From the human T2T-CHM13v2.0 reference genome, Homo sapiens: a stretch of DNA of 64,000 nucleotides. Positions 46,408-64,000 of this stretch are shown here, in pieces. A program made the translations under genes and the position numbers. The stretch is from assembly GCF_009914755.1 (NCBI RefSeq), contig NC_060934.1; one strand, written 5' to 3'. A model generated the notes under the pieces. The model saw only the letters and a program-made list of their open reading frames with translations, ran no database searches and was not told where the DNA came from. Each line of letters begins with the position of its first letter. The stretch's first letter is position 1.

Positions 46408-46838
<431 letters not shown>

Positions 46839-47489
46839 TGAATTCAAATATTTGTTGAATAAATGAGTGAATGAATGGCAGAATAAGTGAATTAGTGGGG
46901 CTGCCCAAGTACCCCTGCCTTTTTCTAAATATATTGAGCCCCCCATTCCTTAACTTGGTTTTATCTTTATTTGCTCCAAGGGGTTGACTGCCTGAGCCCT
47001 GTCTCACAAGAATTGACTCTAATCTCTTAGCCTTGTTTGGTTCTTTACTTCCTAGCCTTTGGCTAGCTTCCAACATGGTGGATAGCATCTTCACATCCAT
47101 CATCTGAAGGTATGTTAAACAGTCACCTTCACAGTCAGGACCAACAAAGGCACATCTCAACTCTGCTGCCCGCTGGAGCCCTCCCACTGGGTCTACTTTC
47201 CCGGAGAGAAGTTTTCTTCCCCGAGTGCCTGACTTCATTGAGAATCTTGTTCTTTAGGTGACATCTCACCTCCTACCTGCAGGAGTGTGGCTTTTTCCTA
47301 CTGACCTAACCGTTTTATCACAGCTGAATACTCTTAAGTTTATATAAATTTTTTTTATCCTTTCATGGGAAAGTTTTCATTCTATCATGTTATCATGTGC
47401 ACTGGATTAGGAACTTGAGTATTCGTTCTGGGTCAGCTATTACCTGTGTGGCTTAGATGCAGTAAGTATTGAATTGAGAGCAGTTGCAG

Positions 47490-47740
47490 TTCAGTGCGGA
47501 GTTGAGAGCATGAGCTCTAAAGTAATACTGCCTGGAATTCAACTGCAGCACCTACTAGCTGTGCAGTCTTAGGAAAATTATGTAATCTTTATATTCCTCA
47601 CTTTTCTCATCTGTAAAATGGGGGCAGTAATAGTGCCTGCCTCATAGAATTGTTATGAGGATTAAATTAGATGATACGTGTAAAACTTAGAACTGTGCCT
47701 AACACATAATAGACATTGTATAAACATTAGCTCTTATTTT
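47490..47740 (+). mobile_element. MIR
   Basis: tctcatctgtaaaatggggg…cctcatagaattgttatgaggattaaa…cttagaactgtgcct. Confidence 0.85.
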
Positions 47741-50700
47741 GATAATGATGTTGACAATGAAAGCCTTTTTGTGTATTTTCTGTTCTCTGTTGATTTTGAA
47801 AGTAAAGGAGATGTGTGAGGTATGTTCTCATGTCCCTTCTGGATTCAAATAAATCCAAGAGTCTATGCTGCTCTGTTTCTGAGCACAGAATTCTAAGACT
47901 GTAGAATAACTCCTTAACATAAAGGCAGACAAATTCAGAACAACCTCATTCTGGTAAACAAATCCTTTTTACTCTTGCCTCATGCTTTAAGATGATTCCT
48001 CTGGGTCCACCTCGGTGTCTGCATCTTCTAGATCTCCAAGTCCCTATGGTTTCTCTCATCTCTGGATTTCTTTTGCACCTTTTACTTCAGTTCCATCTAT
48101 CTTCCACATAATTGACAGGATAAATTTTCAAAAACATGAGTTTGACTAGGTTACTCTACTGCTTACAACCTCTCAGTGGCATCTTATCAACCGTATGATG
48201 AAATCTCAGCTCCTTGGTATGGTATAGTATGCAAGGCACTCAGAGACAATGCTGTCCTCAGATCCAGCCTCCCTGTTAGCACCCTCTACTCCAGGAAATC
48301 TGATAGTGCTTGTGCTTCTTCACAATCACAAAACTACCCCACGCCTTCATGCTCTTGTATGTGCCTCATGCAAACACTCCTTCGTTTTTTTTCAACTGGG
48401 TAGTTCCTACTTGTCCTGTAAGGCTCAACTCAGGCTTTTTGTCATCAAGAAAGTTTTCTGACCCAAGCTTTCCTCCCTGTGCATGTCCTTCTACCAGTAC
48501 ACGTTTGTCATTGAGTTGAAATGATGTAGGCACAGCTTTGTCTCCATCTGTAGACTCTGAATTCCTCCATAGCAAATGCAGGTCTTAGCTTTCTTTGTGG
48601 TCCAACACGGTATCTGACACATTTTAAGCAATCAATCAATGTTGAGCTATTTTGGATCTCTTGAACAACTCGACACTAGGTTCTGGCTGTAGCACACAAG
48701 TGTGATTTGCCTTTAAGTGCTATAATCCCACCATAGCCAGTTATGGATCATTTTTGTTACATGACTTCTATGCTTCTAAAAGTAACCATCAAGGAGGAAT
48801 TTCAGGAAATGTTTATGGTGATAGTAGCATTAAGATAATAAGATATGCTGTCCATACATATTACTCAAAGGATGACATTCTGTTAAGTCTCATAAAGTTA
48901 TAGTCATGAAGAGATTATTGAAAAACTATCCTCCAGAAAGTGGACCCCAACTTAGGCAGATCTCTCAGGCTTAAAGGGATAGGTATCCATTGGTATAGTC
49001 CTAATCTAACCCAACAGCAGGATAGCTAAATAAGCATATGAAAATATAAGTAAAGAAGAAAGTCATCTTTGAAGCATTCTATTATATTTTGTTGAAACAA
49101 TAGGCACTGTTAACCACAAACCCCTTTTATCACAGGCGTTCTTCATACCAAAGTTCAAAGACTCACATAAAGAGACAACTCTGCTGTGTGTTCACGTTCC
49201 TCTGACAAGTGCAGTAATGAGTTTCTTAGGGATACATCTTGAACTAATCATCAGTGAGGGCTGATAGCATGATACAAAAATACAATTCAGGAAAATCCAT
49301 ACAGGCCCAGCCAATGTAGCATGAGTATGCAGTACTCTGATGATAGTATGCCTTAATTCAGATAATGAAGAGTAGCTGGGAGAGTATATTTTTCTTATTT
49401 CTTGCAACTTAGCTTTTGCTACATATTGCTTAACATAGAATTATGTATCTGATATGCAAAGTACAGACATTATGTGTTATTATTTGAGGGTCAACCTCAC
49501 AAAGGAGTTTTGACTGTAATGTCCTATTCATCAAAGTCTATGACACATACCACTAGGCTATGCTGTGATAATGAACAATCTCAAACTCTTAATAGTTTAG
49601 AACAAGAAGGTTTGCTTCGGGTTCATGACATAAATCTATCATGCATCAGCCAGGGCCTCTGGTCAGCATGCTGGTTGTCCTCATTCCAGGATCCAGACAG
49701 CTACATGGAGCATTGCTAGCCATAGGACAGATGGAAAGGAGAATGTGGCAAAGTACACACTGGCTCATGCAGCTCCCAAGAAAAATCATATGGCTGTTCC
49801 TAATTTTAAGAGGAAGAAGTGGAATGGCAGTCTAATCATTTATTGCCTGCATGGAAAGAGAAGAATATTTTTGAACAGCACTAAAGATGACTACACAGAG
49901 CTGAGGAGCCTCGTTAAAAAGTCACCACCCTTCAGAAAGAAGATAGAACGAGGAAGCACACACATTCAGAGATGTTTCTGTCTGTAAACAGTTTGGGGGT
50001 AGATAGAAAACACTATCTATAAAACATAGGTGATTGGGAGCCCAAATGTATATGCAACAAAGCAGTAATTTTCATGTTGTGTTTGTACAATTCGAGAAAT
50101 CTATGCCATGCTGCACAGATTCTACCAGCAAAAGGAAACATAAATCTGACTATAGAAATATGTTTATAGCATTCTTAAAAGCCAAGCTATATATCACAAA
50201 GGAAGAAAAGATAATACTGTATCAGGGAAAATCTTTTAAAAAATTTAATGACATTGCAACAATGATCTGACATGACAATCACTCTGGTATGTTATTTTAA
50301 AATAAAATTATCAGAGTCATCAGTTAATTTCTCTTTATGGCAAAGGGGAAAAGGAAAATTCAAAGCTCCTTTGACACACAAAAGAAGTCAAAGATTTATA
50401 CTTCCGGAAATCTAGGATTCCAGCTTGACTGTTACCCAAGGCAATCAATTTGAATGCTTACTAAGGAAGAACCTACAATACTAAAGTTATATTCCATAAA
50501 ATGTAGCCATAATTTCTGATGTGCAGGTTTTTTTTAAGTTAGTCATTTTCATGACAGAAATTTTATAAGGACGGTTTTTTAAGGTAACAAAAAAGGCGGG
50601 ATGATTACGAATGGAAATTTCCACCTGAATTCCCATATCAGTCAAGGGACGGTAGTTGGTGTTTTTGTGTGTGTTTGGTTTCCAACTTCATCATAATTTT

Positions 50701-50759
50701 TAGAATTAGATGCTAGAATTTAATCTTTTTATTTATTTATTTATTTTTTTTGTAACTGC

Positions 50760-51499
50760 TGTTAACAAGTGACCATGAGATCTGTGGAGGAAGGAAAAGG
50801 AGAACACTTTTATCTTCAGAGAGGCAATCTGCAAATCAGGGAAAGTCACCTCCAGGAAAACTGAAACCACATGCTCAGAAGAGGGAGAGGGAGAGGGAAA
50901 GCTGGCATTCCTGTCTTTCAGGTCTGCCTTCCATGCATTTTTAGCAGGTTTGGGGAAAATTACGGGTACTTATAAGGGAAGTCAAGCACATATGCAGTAG
51001 GCAAACCTATATGTCACATATATTCTATGTTCATTTTAGGGTGGAGTTTTAACATTAAAATGAAGCGGAATTTGGCTTTTTACAACAAAAGGTGAACTAG
51101 AGGGTATAAAGGCATTTTGTGCACAGTCTCTGTATGCTGGCGGACGCTAGCTTGAGGCCTGTAGCTGTTTATCAGGAAAGAATGTTTGCAAGGTCAGTCT
51201 CCTGTCCAATCAGAGTTGCTGATGGGACCACAAGTCGGGGGTAGGGGAAGTCAGGTCAGCTGGCATCTGGCAGGTCACCAGGGTCAATTGGGAAACTCCT
51301 GGTTCAAGCTGTTTTGATAATGTTTTTTAAGTACTAGTTTCTGCTTACTTACAGGAAAGAAGACCTTATTGCAATTAGTAATATAAGGGTATTTGACCAG
51401 CCCCTCTCCCTGCTATGGCTGCTTGGTTCTGTTTCTGGTATGCTTTATTTTAGCCACAGGGAGTCCATTTAGTCTGTCAGCTGCAGGTATGTTTTAACA
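50760..51499 (-). mobile_element. ERV1 (MER4-group) solo LTR, family uncertain
   Basis: tgttaac…ttttaaca termini, ~740 bp, with MER4-group motifs (tatgttcattttagggtggag…ttatcaggaaagaatgtttgcaagg). Confidence 0.65.
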
Positions 51500-51599
51500 C
51501 GCCTTAGCATCTTTTTTTCTCCCACTTACCTGTTAAGAATTTCCTTCACAAGTAGCTACTAGTTGGTAAAGTCTATGTGCTCAAAGCTATTGGCCTCGT

Positions 51600-51825
51600 T
51601 CAAGGATTCTTAGCTTTGGCACTATTGCCATTTTGGCCTAGATAATTCTTTGTTGATGGAGGGGGTAGGCTGTCCTGTGCATGGTAGGATGTTTAGCAGC
51701 ATCTCTGGCAACCACCCACTAAACACCAGAAGCACCGCCTCCCTCACTGTGATGATCAAAAATGTCTCTGGACATTTTCACATGTCACCTGGGAGCACAA
51801 TCGCTTCTGATTGATTGAGAACTAC
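51600..51825. mobile_element. MER20 DNA transposon
   Basis: ggcactattgccattttggcctagataattctttgttg…ggctgtcctgtgcatggtaggatgtttagcagcatc. Confidence 0.8.
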
Positions 51826-51908
51826 ATGCTTAATTTAATCAGAATCCACCTCTGGGGCAATATATAGAGTAAGTGTCCCCTGAATATCATGGACTTCGTG
51901 CGCAGGGT

Positions 51909-52774
<866 letters not shown>

Positions 52775-53114
52775 GAGTTGGACGCTTGAATAACATCTGA
52801 ATTCTGTTGGTAATGAAGAAGAATAATTTTGTTCAGATAGACAACCAAGAGTGTTTCCGAATGTACCTTTATTTGATAAAATAGTTCAAAGAAAAATAAA
52901 AAAGTATATACTATATAGCTAATAAATTAATTCCAAAGATGATATTGTATAGGAGCTTCACATTTTAATAGAATAGCCATGTTGTAAACCCCTTAGTTTT
53001 ACTTATTTTAGCATGATACGTAAATGAGTACAAAGGTGATAGTAATATTATTTGGCAGCTTAGCCCAGTACAATCTAATTGTTTAGATGAATTGTGGAGA
53101 ATTCATCAAAGGAC

Positions 53115-56100
53115 TTTGTTTTATTTATTTATTTATTTATTATGTTTTATTTCAATAGTTTTTTGGGGAACAGGTGGTGTTTGTTTACATGAATAAGTTT
53201 TTTAGTGGTGATTTCTGAGATTTTGGTGCACCCATCACCTGAGCAGTGTACACTGTACCCAATGTGTAGTCTTTTATCCCTCAACCCTGCTGCCACCCTT
53301 TCTGGGAATCTCCCATTATATCATTCTTACGCCTTTGCATCCTCCTAGCTGAGCTCCCACTTATGTGTAAGAACATACAATGGTTGGTTTCCCATTACTG
53401 AGTTACTTCACTTAGAATAATGGTCTCCAATTCCATCCGGGTTGCTGTGAATGCTATTATTTTGTTCCTTGTTATGGCTCAGTAGTATTCACAGTATGTA
53501 TAAACCACAATTTCTTTATCCGCTCATTGCTTGATGGGCATATGGGCAGGTTCCATATTTTTGCAATTGCAAATTATGCTGCTATAACCATGCATGTGCA
53601 AGTATCTTTCTCATAGAATGACTTCTTTTTTTCTGGGTAGATACCTGGTAGTGGGATTGCTAGATCAAATGGTAATTCTACTTTTGTTCTTTAAGGACTT
53701 TCCACGCTGTTTACAATAGTGGTTGTACTAGTTTATATTCCCACCAGCAGTGTAGAAGTGTTCCCTTTTTGCCACATCCCTGCCAACATCTATTATTTTT
53801 TGAATTTTTGGTTATGGCCATTCTTGCAGAAGTAAAGTGGTATCGCATTGTGGTTTTGATTTTTATTTCCCTGATCATTAGTGATGTTGAACATTTTTCA
53901 TATGTTTGTTGGCCATTTGTATATCTTCTTCTGAGAATTGTCTACTCATGTCCTTAGCCCACATTTTGATGGGATTATTTGTTTTACTCTTGCTGATTTG
54001 AGTTTGTTGTAGATTCCGGATATTAGTCCTTTGTCAGATGTATAGATTGCAAAAATTTTCTTCCACTCTCTGGGTTGTCTGTTTACTCTGCTGATTGTTT
54101 CTTTTGCTATGCAGAAGCACTTTAGTTTAAGTCCCCTCTATTTATCTTTGTTTTTGTTGCATTTGCTTTCGGGTTCTTGGTCATTAAGTCTTTGTCTGAG
54201 CCAATGTCTAGAAGGGCTTTTCCAGTGTTATATTCTAGAATTTTTATGGTTTCAGGTCTTAGACTTAAGTCTTTGATCCATCTTGAGTTTTGTATAAGGT
54301 GAGAGATGAGGATCCAGTTTCATTTTTCTACACGTGGCTTGCCAATTATCCCAGCACCCTTTGTTGAAAAGGGTGTCCTTTCCCCACTTTATGTTTTTGT
54401 TTGATTTGTCGAAGATCAGTTGGCTGTAAGTATTTGGCTTTATTTCTGGGTTCTCTATTCTGTTTCATTGGTCTATGTGCCTATTTTTATGCCAGTACCA
54501 TGTTGTTTTGGGGATTATGGCCTTACAGTATAGGTTGAAGTCGGGTAATGTGATGCCTCCATATTTGTTCTCTTTGCTTAGTCTTGCTTTGGTTATGCGG
54601 GCTCTTTTTTTGGTTCCATATGAATTTTAGGATTGTTTTTCCTAGTTCTGTGAAGAATGATGGTGGTATTTTGATGAGAATTGTATTGAATTTGTAGATC
54701 ACTTTTGGCAGGATGGTCATTTTCACAATATTGATTCCACCAATCCATGAGCATGAATGTGTTTCCATTTGTTTGTGTTGAGTATAATTTTTTTCATCAG
54801 TGTTTTGTGGTTTTCCTTGTAGAGGTCTTTTACCTTCTTGGTTAGGTATATTCCTAGGTATTTTACTTTTTTGCAGCTATCATAAAGGCAGTCGAATTCT
54901 TGATTTAATTATCTGCTTGGTCACTGTTGGAATATAGCAGAGCCACTGCTTTGTGTACATTAATTTTATAACCTGAAACTTTGCTGAATTAATTTAACAG
55001 TTCGAGGAGCTTTTTGGATGAGTCTTAAGGGTTTTCTTTGTATACTGTCATATCATCAGCAAACAGCAACAATTTGACTTCCTCTTTACCAATTTTGATG
55101 CCCTTTATTTCTTTCTCTTCTCTGCTCTGGCTAGGACTTCCAGTACTATGTTGAATTGAAGTGGTAAAAGTGGTCAGCCTTGTCTTGTGTTCCAGTTCTC
55201 AGGGGGAATGCTCTCAACTTTTCCCTGTTCGGTATAATGTTGGCTGTGGATTTGTCATAGATAGCTTTTATTACCTTAAGGTATGTCCGTCCTGTACTGA
55301 CTTTGCTGAGAGTTTTAATCATAAAAGAATGCTGGATTTTGTCAAATGCTTTTTCTATGTCTATTGACATGATCATGTGATTTTTGCTTTTAATAACGTT
55401 TATGTGCTATATCACATTTATTGACTTGTGGATATTAAACCATTTCTGCATCCCTGGTATGAAATCCACTTGATCATGGTGGATTGTCTTTTTGATATAC
55501 TGTTGGATTCAGTTAGCTAGTATTTTATTAAGAATTTTTGCATCTGTGTTCATCAGGGATATTTGTCTGTAGTTTTCTTTTTTTGTTATGCTATTTCCTG
55601 GTTTTGGAATTAGGTTGATATTGGCTTCATAGAATGATTCAGGGAGGATTCCCTCTTTCTCTATCTTTTGGGATAGTGTCAATAGGATCAATTGGTACCA
55701 ATTCTTCTTTGAATGTCTGATAGAATTCAGCTGTGAATTCATCTGGTCCTGGATTTTTTTTTTTTGTTGGCAATTTTTTAATTATAATTTCAGTCTCGCT
55801 GTTTGCCATTGGTCTGTTCAGAGTTTCTATTTCTTCCTGGATTAATGTAGGAGAATTATATATTTCCAGGAATTTGTCCATCTCCTCTAGGTTTTCTAGT
55901 TTTTGTGCATTCATAGTAGCCTTGAATGATCTTTTGTATTTCTGTGTTATCAGTTGTAATATCTTTCATTTCTAATTGAGCTTATTTGGATCTTCTCTCT
56001 TGTTTTCTTGGTTAATCTCACTAACAGTCTGTCAATTTTATTATCTTTTCAAAGAACTAGTTTTTTGTTTCATTTATCTTTTTTTTTTTGGTTCAATTTT

Positions 56101-57958
56101 ATTTAGCACTGCTCTGATATTCGTTGTTTCTTTTCTTCTGCTGAGTTTGGGTTTGGATTGTTCCTTTTTCTTCAGTTCTGTGAGGTGTGACCTAAAATTG
56201 CCTATTTGTGCTCCTTCAGACTTTTGATGTAGGCATTTAATGCTATGAACTTTTCTCTTAACATTGCTTTTGCTGTATCCCAGAGGATTTGATATGTTGT
56301 GTCACTATTATCCTTCAGTTCAAAGAATTTTAAAATTTTCATTTTGATTTCATTTTTGACCCAATGATCATTCAGTAGCAGGTTATTTAATTTCTATGTA
56401 TTTGCATGGCTTTGGGGGTTCATTTTGGAGTTGATTTCCAATATTATTCCACTGTGGTCAGAGAGAGTACTTGATATAATATCAATTGTTTTAAATTTAT
56501 TGGGACTTGTCTTGTGTCCTATCATATGGTCTGTCTTGGAGAATGTTCCATGTGCTGATGAATAGAATGTACATTCTGCAGTTGTCAGGTACAATGTTCT
56601 AAACATATCTGTTAAGTCCATTTGTTCTAAGGTACGTTTACATCCATTGTTTCTTTGTTGACTATCTCGATGATCTAAGAGCTGTCAGTGGAGTATTCAA
56701 GTCTCCCACTATTGTGTTGCAGTCTGTCTCATTTCTTAGGTCTAGTATTGTTTTATAAATTTGGGAGCTCCAGCATTAGGTGCATACATATTTAAGATTG
56801 TGATATTTTCCCGTTGGACACTTTTTAAATCATTATATAATGTCCCTCTGTCTTTTTTTAACTGCTGTTGTTTTAAAGTTTGTTTTGTCAGAAATAAGAG
56901 TAGTTACTCCTGCTCACTTTTGGTGTCCCTTTGCATGGAGTATCTTTTATCCTTGCCCTTTACCTTAAGTTTATGTGAGTCCTTATATGTTAGGTGAGTC
57001 TCGTGAGTCTCTTGAAGACAGCAGTTACTTGGTTGGTGAATTCTTTTCCATTCTGCCATTCTTCTTAGTGGAGCATTTATGCCATTTACATTCAATGTTA
57101 GTATTGAGATATTGAGATGTGAAGTACTATTCTATTCCTCATGCTGTTTGTTGCCCGAATACCTTCTTTTTCATTGTGTTATTGTTATATAGGCCCTGTG
57201 AGATTTATGCTTTAAGGAGGTTTTATTTTGGTGTATTTCAAGGATTTATTTCAAGATTTAGAGCTCCTTTTAGCAGTTCTTGTAGTGCTGGCTTGGTTGT
57301 GAATTCTCTTAGCATTTGTTTGTCTGTAAAACACTGTTTCTTTCCTTCATTTATGAAGCTTTGTTTTGCTGGATACAAAATTCTTGGCTGATAACTGTTT
57401 TTGTTTAAGGAGGCTAAAAATGGGACCCCAATCTTTTCTAGCTTGTAGGGTTTCTGCTGATAATTCTGCTGTTAACTTGATAGATTTTCCTTTATAGGTT
57501 ACCTGGTGCTTTTGCTTCATAGCTCTTAAGATTTTTTCCTTCATCTTGACTTTAAATAACCTAATGACTATGTGCCTAGGTGATGATCTTTTTGTGATAA
57601 ATTTCCCAGGTGTTCTTTGAGCTTCTTATATTTGGATGTCTAGATCTCTAACAAGGCTGGGGAAGTTTTCCTCAATTATTCCCTCAAATGTTTTCCAAAC
57701 TTTTCTTCCTTAGGAACACCAATTATTCTTAGCTTTGGTCATTTAACATAATCCCAAACTTCTTGGAGGCTTTGTTCATTTTTTAAAAAATTTTTTGTCT
57801 TTGTTGATTAATACAAAAGCCTTGTCTTTGAGCTCTCAAGTTCTTTCTTCTACTTGTTTGATTCTATAGCTGAGACTTTCCAGTGCATTTTGCATTTCGC
57901 TAAGTATGTCCTTCATTTTTAGAAATTGTGATTGTTTTTAATTTATGTTATCTATTTC
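53115..57958 (-). mobile_element. Older L1 (L1PB1-like): 3'UTR, degenerate ORF2 and 3' part of ORF1; interrupted by a young L1 and resuming at ~63996
   Basis: L1PB 3'UTR tcaatagtttttggggaacaggtggtgtttg…; ORF fragments NVNGINAPLRR…CCLQETH (endonuclease) and MKEKILRA…LSAETLQARKDW (ORF1). Confidence 0.9.
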
Positions 57959-58171
57959 TTTTTTTTTTTATACTTTAAGTTTTAGGGTACATGTGCACAT
58001 TGTGCAGGTTAGTTACATATGTATACATGTGCCATGCTGGTGCGCTGCACCCACTAACTCGTCATCTAGCATTAGGTATATCTCCCAGTGCTATCCCTCC
58101 CCCCTCCCCCCACCCCACCACAGTCCCCAGAGTGTGATATTCCCCTTCCTGTGTCCATGTGATCTCATTGT

Positions 58172-62026
<3,855 letters not shown>

Positions 62027-62062
62027 TTAGTTGATGCAGTTTCTTCCTAGTCTCGATGGTCT

Positions 62063-63079
62063 TTACATTTTGGCATGATTTTGCAGCAGCTGGTACCGGT
62101 TGTTCCTTTCCATGTTTAGCGCTTCCTTCAGGAGCTCTTTTAGGGCAGGCCTGGTGGTGACAAAATCTCTCAGCATTTGCTTGTCTGTAAAGTATTTTAT
62201 TTCTCCTTCACTTACGAAGCTTAGCTTGGCTGGATATGAAATTCTGGGTTGAAAATTCTTTTCTTTAAGAATGTTGAATATTGGCCCCCACTCTCTTCTG
62301 GCTTGTAGGGTTTCTGCTGAGAGATCCGCTGTTAGTCTGATGGGCTTCCCTTTGAGGGTAACCCGACCTTTCTCTCTGGCTGCCCTTAACATTTTTTCCT
62401 TCATTTCAACTTTGGTGAATCTGACAATTATGTGTCTTGGAGTTGCTCCTCTCGAGGAGTATCTTTGTGGCGTTCTCTGTATTTCCTGAATCTGAACGTT
62501 GGCCTGCCTTGCTAGATTGGGGAAGTTCTCCTGGATAATATCCTGCAGAGTGTTTTCCAACTTGGTTCCATTCTCCGCATCACTTTCAGGTACACCAATC
62601 AGACGTAGATTTGGTCTTTTCACATAGTCCCATATTTCTTGGAGGCTTTGCTCATTTCTTTTTATTCTTTTTTCTCTAAACTTCCCTTCTCGCTTCATTT
62701 CATTCATTTCATTTTCCATTGCTGATACCCTTTCTTCCAGTTGATCGCATCGGCTCCTGAGGCTTCTGCATTCTTCACGTAGTTCTCGAGCCTTGGTTTT
62801 CAGCTCCATCAGCTCCTTTAAGCACTTCTCTGTATTGGTTATTCTAGTTATACATTCTTCTAAATTTTTTTCAAAGTTTTCAACTTCTTTGCCTTTGGTT
62901 TGAATGTCCTCCCGTAGCTCAGAGTAATTTGATCATCTGAAGCCTTCTTCTCTCAGCTCGTCAAAGTCATTCTCCATCCAGCTTTGTTCTGTTGCTGGTG
63001 AGGAACTGCGTTCCTTTGGAGGAGGAGAGGCGTTCTGCGTTTTAGAGTTTCCAGTTTTTCTGTTCTGTTTTTTCCCCAT
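62063..63079 (-). pseudogene. L1 ORF1p (338-codon frame, premature stop R49*)
   Basis: ATG at 63079 (MGKKQNRK); 1017 nt to the natural stop at 62063; in-frame TGA at 62933-62935 (…GFR*SNYSEL…). Confidence 0.93.
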
Positions 63080-63976
63080 CTTTGTGGTTTTATCTACTTT
63101 TGGTCTTTGATGATGGTGATGTACAGATGGGTTTTCAGTGTGGATGTCCTTTCTGTTTGTTAGTTTTCCTTCTAACAGACAGGACCCTCAGCTGCAGGTC
63201 TGTTGGAATACCCTGCCGTGTGAGGTGTCAGTGTGCCCCTGCTGGGGGGTGCCTCCCAGTTAGGCTGCTCGGGGGTCAGGGGTCAGGGACCCGCTTGAGG
63301 AGGCAGTCTGCCCGTTCTCAGATCTGCAGCTGCGTGCTGGGAGAACCACTGCTCTCTTCAAAGCTGTCAGACAGGGACAGCAGAGGTTACTGCTGTCTTT
63401 TTGTTTGTCTGTGCCCTGCCCCCAGAGGTGGAGCCTACAGAGGCAGGCAGGCCTCCTTGAGCTGTGGTGGGCTCCGCCCAGTTGGAGCTTCCCGGCTGCT
63501 TTGTTTACCTAAGCAAGCCTGGGCAATGGCGGGCGCCCCTCCCCCAGCCTCGCTGGCGCCTTGCAGTTTGATCTCAGACTGCTGTGCTAGCAATCAGCGA
63601 GACTCTGTGGGCGTAGGACCCTCCGAGCCAGGTGTGGGATATAGTCTCGTGGTGCGCCATTTCCTAAGCCCGTCGGAAAAGCGCAGTATTCGGGCGGGAG
63701 TGACCCGATTTTCCAGGTGCATCCGTCACCCCTTTCTTTGACTCGGAAAGGAAACTCCGTGACCCCTTGCGCTTCCCAGGTGAGGCAATGCCTCGCCCTG
63801 CTTCGGCTCGCGCACGGTGCACGCACCCACTGGCCTGCGCCCACTGTCTGGCACTCCCTAGTGAGATGAACCCGGTACCTCAGATGGAAATGCAGAAATC
63901 ACCCGTCTTCTGCGTCGCTCACGCTGGGAGCTGTAGGCCGGAGCTGTTCCTATTCGGCCATCTTGGCTCCTCCCTC
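63080..63976. promoter_or_regulatory. L1 5'UTR: internal sense promoter (fires on -) and antisense promoter (fires on +); CpG-rich
   Basis: YY1 motif ggccatcttgg near 63956-63966; dense CpGs at 63475-63960; matches the known L1 5'UTR architecture. Confidence 0.85.
63526..63741 (+). CDS. L1 ORF0 (71 aa, antisense 5'UTR ORF), intact
   Basis: MAGAPPPASLAPCSLISDCCASNQRDSVGVGPSEPG…RFSRCIRHPFL*, Kozak gcaATGg; expression from this copy untested. Confidence 0.8.
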   Translation: MAGAPPPASLAPCSLISDCCASNQRDSVGVGPSEPGVGYSLVVRHFLSPSEKRSIRAGVTRFSRCIRHPFL

Positions 63977-64000
63977 CTCTATTGTTATCTATTTCACTGA

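Noticed and set aside
63160-63183. In-frame GPR158-to-extended-ORF0 fusion via the L1 antisense acceptor ttttccttctaacAG/acAG
   Set aside because: The two AGs give phase 1 (63179) and phase 2 (63183) relative to the ORF0 frame, while the GPR158 exon ends in phase 0, so neither is in frame.

Overview
Primate (great-ape/human-like) nuclear DNA, AT-rich and dominated by transposable elements. The only host coding exon I can support is a 69-nt, phase-0 exon at 9230-9298 (+) encoding SIRASGLILLETILFGSLLLYFP. I recognise this from memory as the ICL1/TM2 segment of the class C GPCR GPR158, so the rest of the window is intronic GPR158 sequence with the gene on the + strand. Repeats include a near full-length Tigger1, nine Alus, several solo LTRs (one nested pair), MaLRs, MIR/L2 remnants and several L1s. 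The L1s include a ~6.0-kb full-length young L1PA2-like element inserted into ORF1 of an older L1PB-type element. Three observations stand out. (1) A sense-oriented, CpG-retaining ERV1 LTR with a perfect NF-kB site, IRF-like repeats, TATA and polyA signal lies ~300 bp upstream of the exon. (2) The full-length L1 has indel-free ORF1/ORF2 disabled only by three in-frame TGA codons at consensus Arg(CGA) positions. (3) Its ORF0 and antisense promoter are intact and point in the host-gene direction, and a 9-bp deletion extends the ORF0 frame. I see no convincing evidence for a wholly new biological system. Repeat subfamily names come from recalled consensus sequences and need RepeatMasker/Dfam confirmation.
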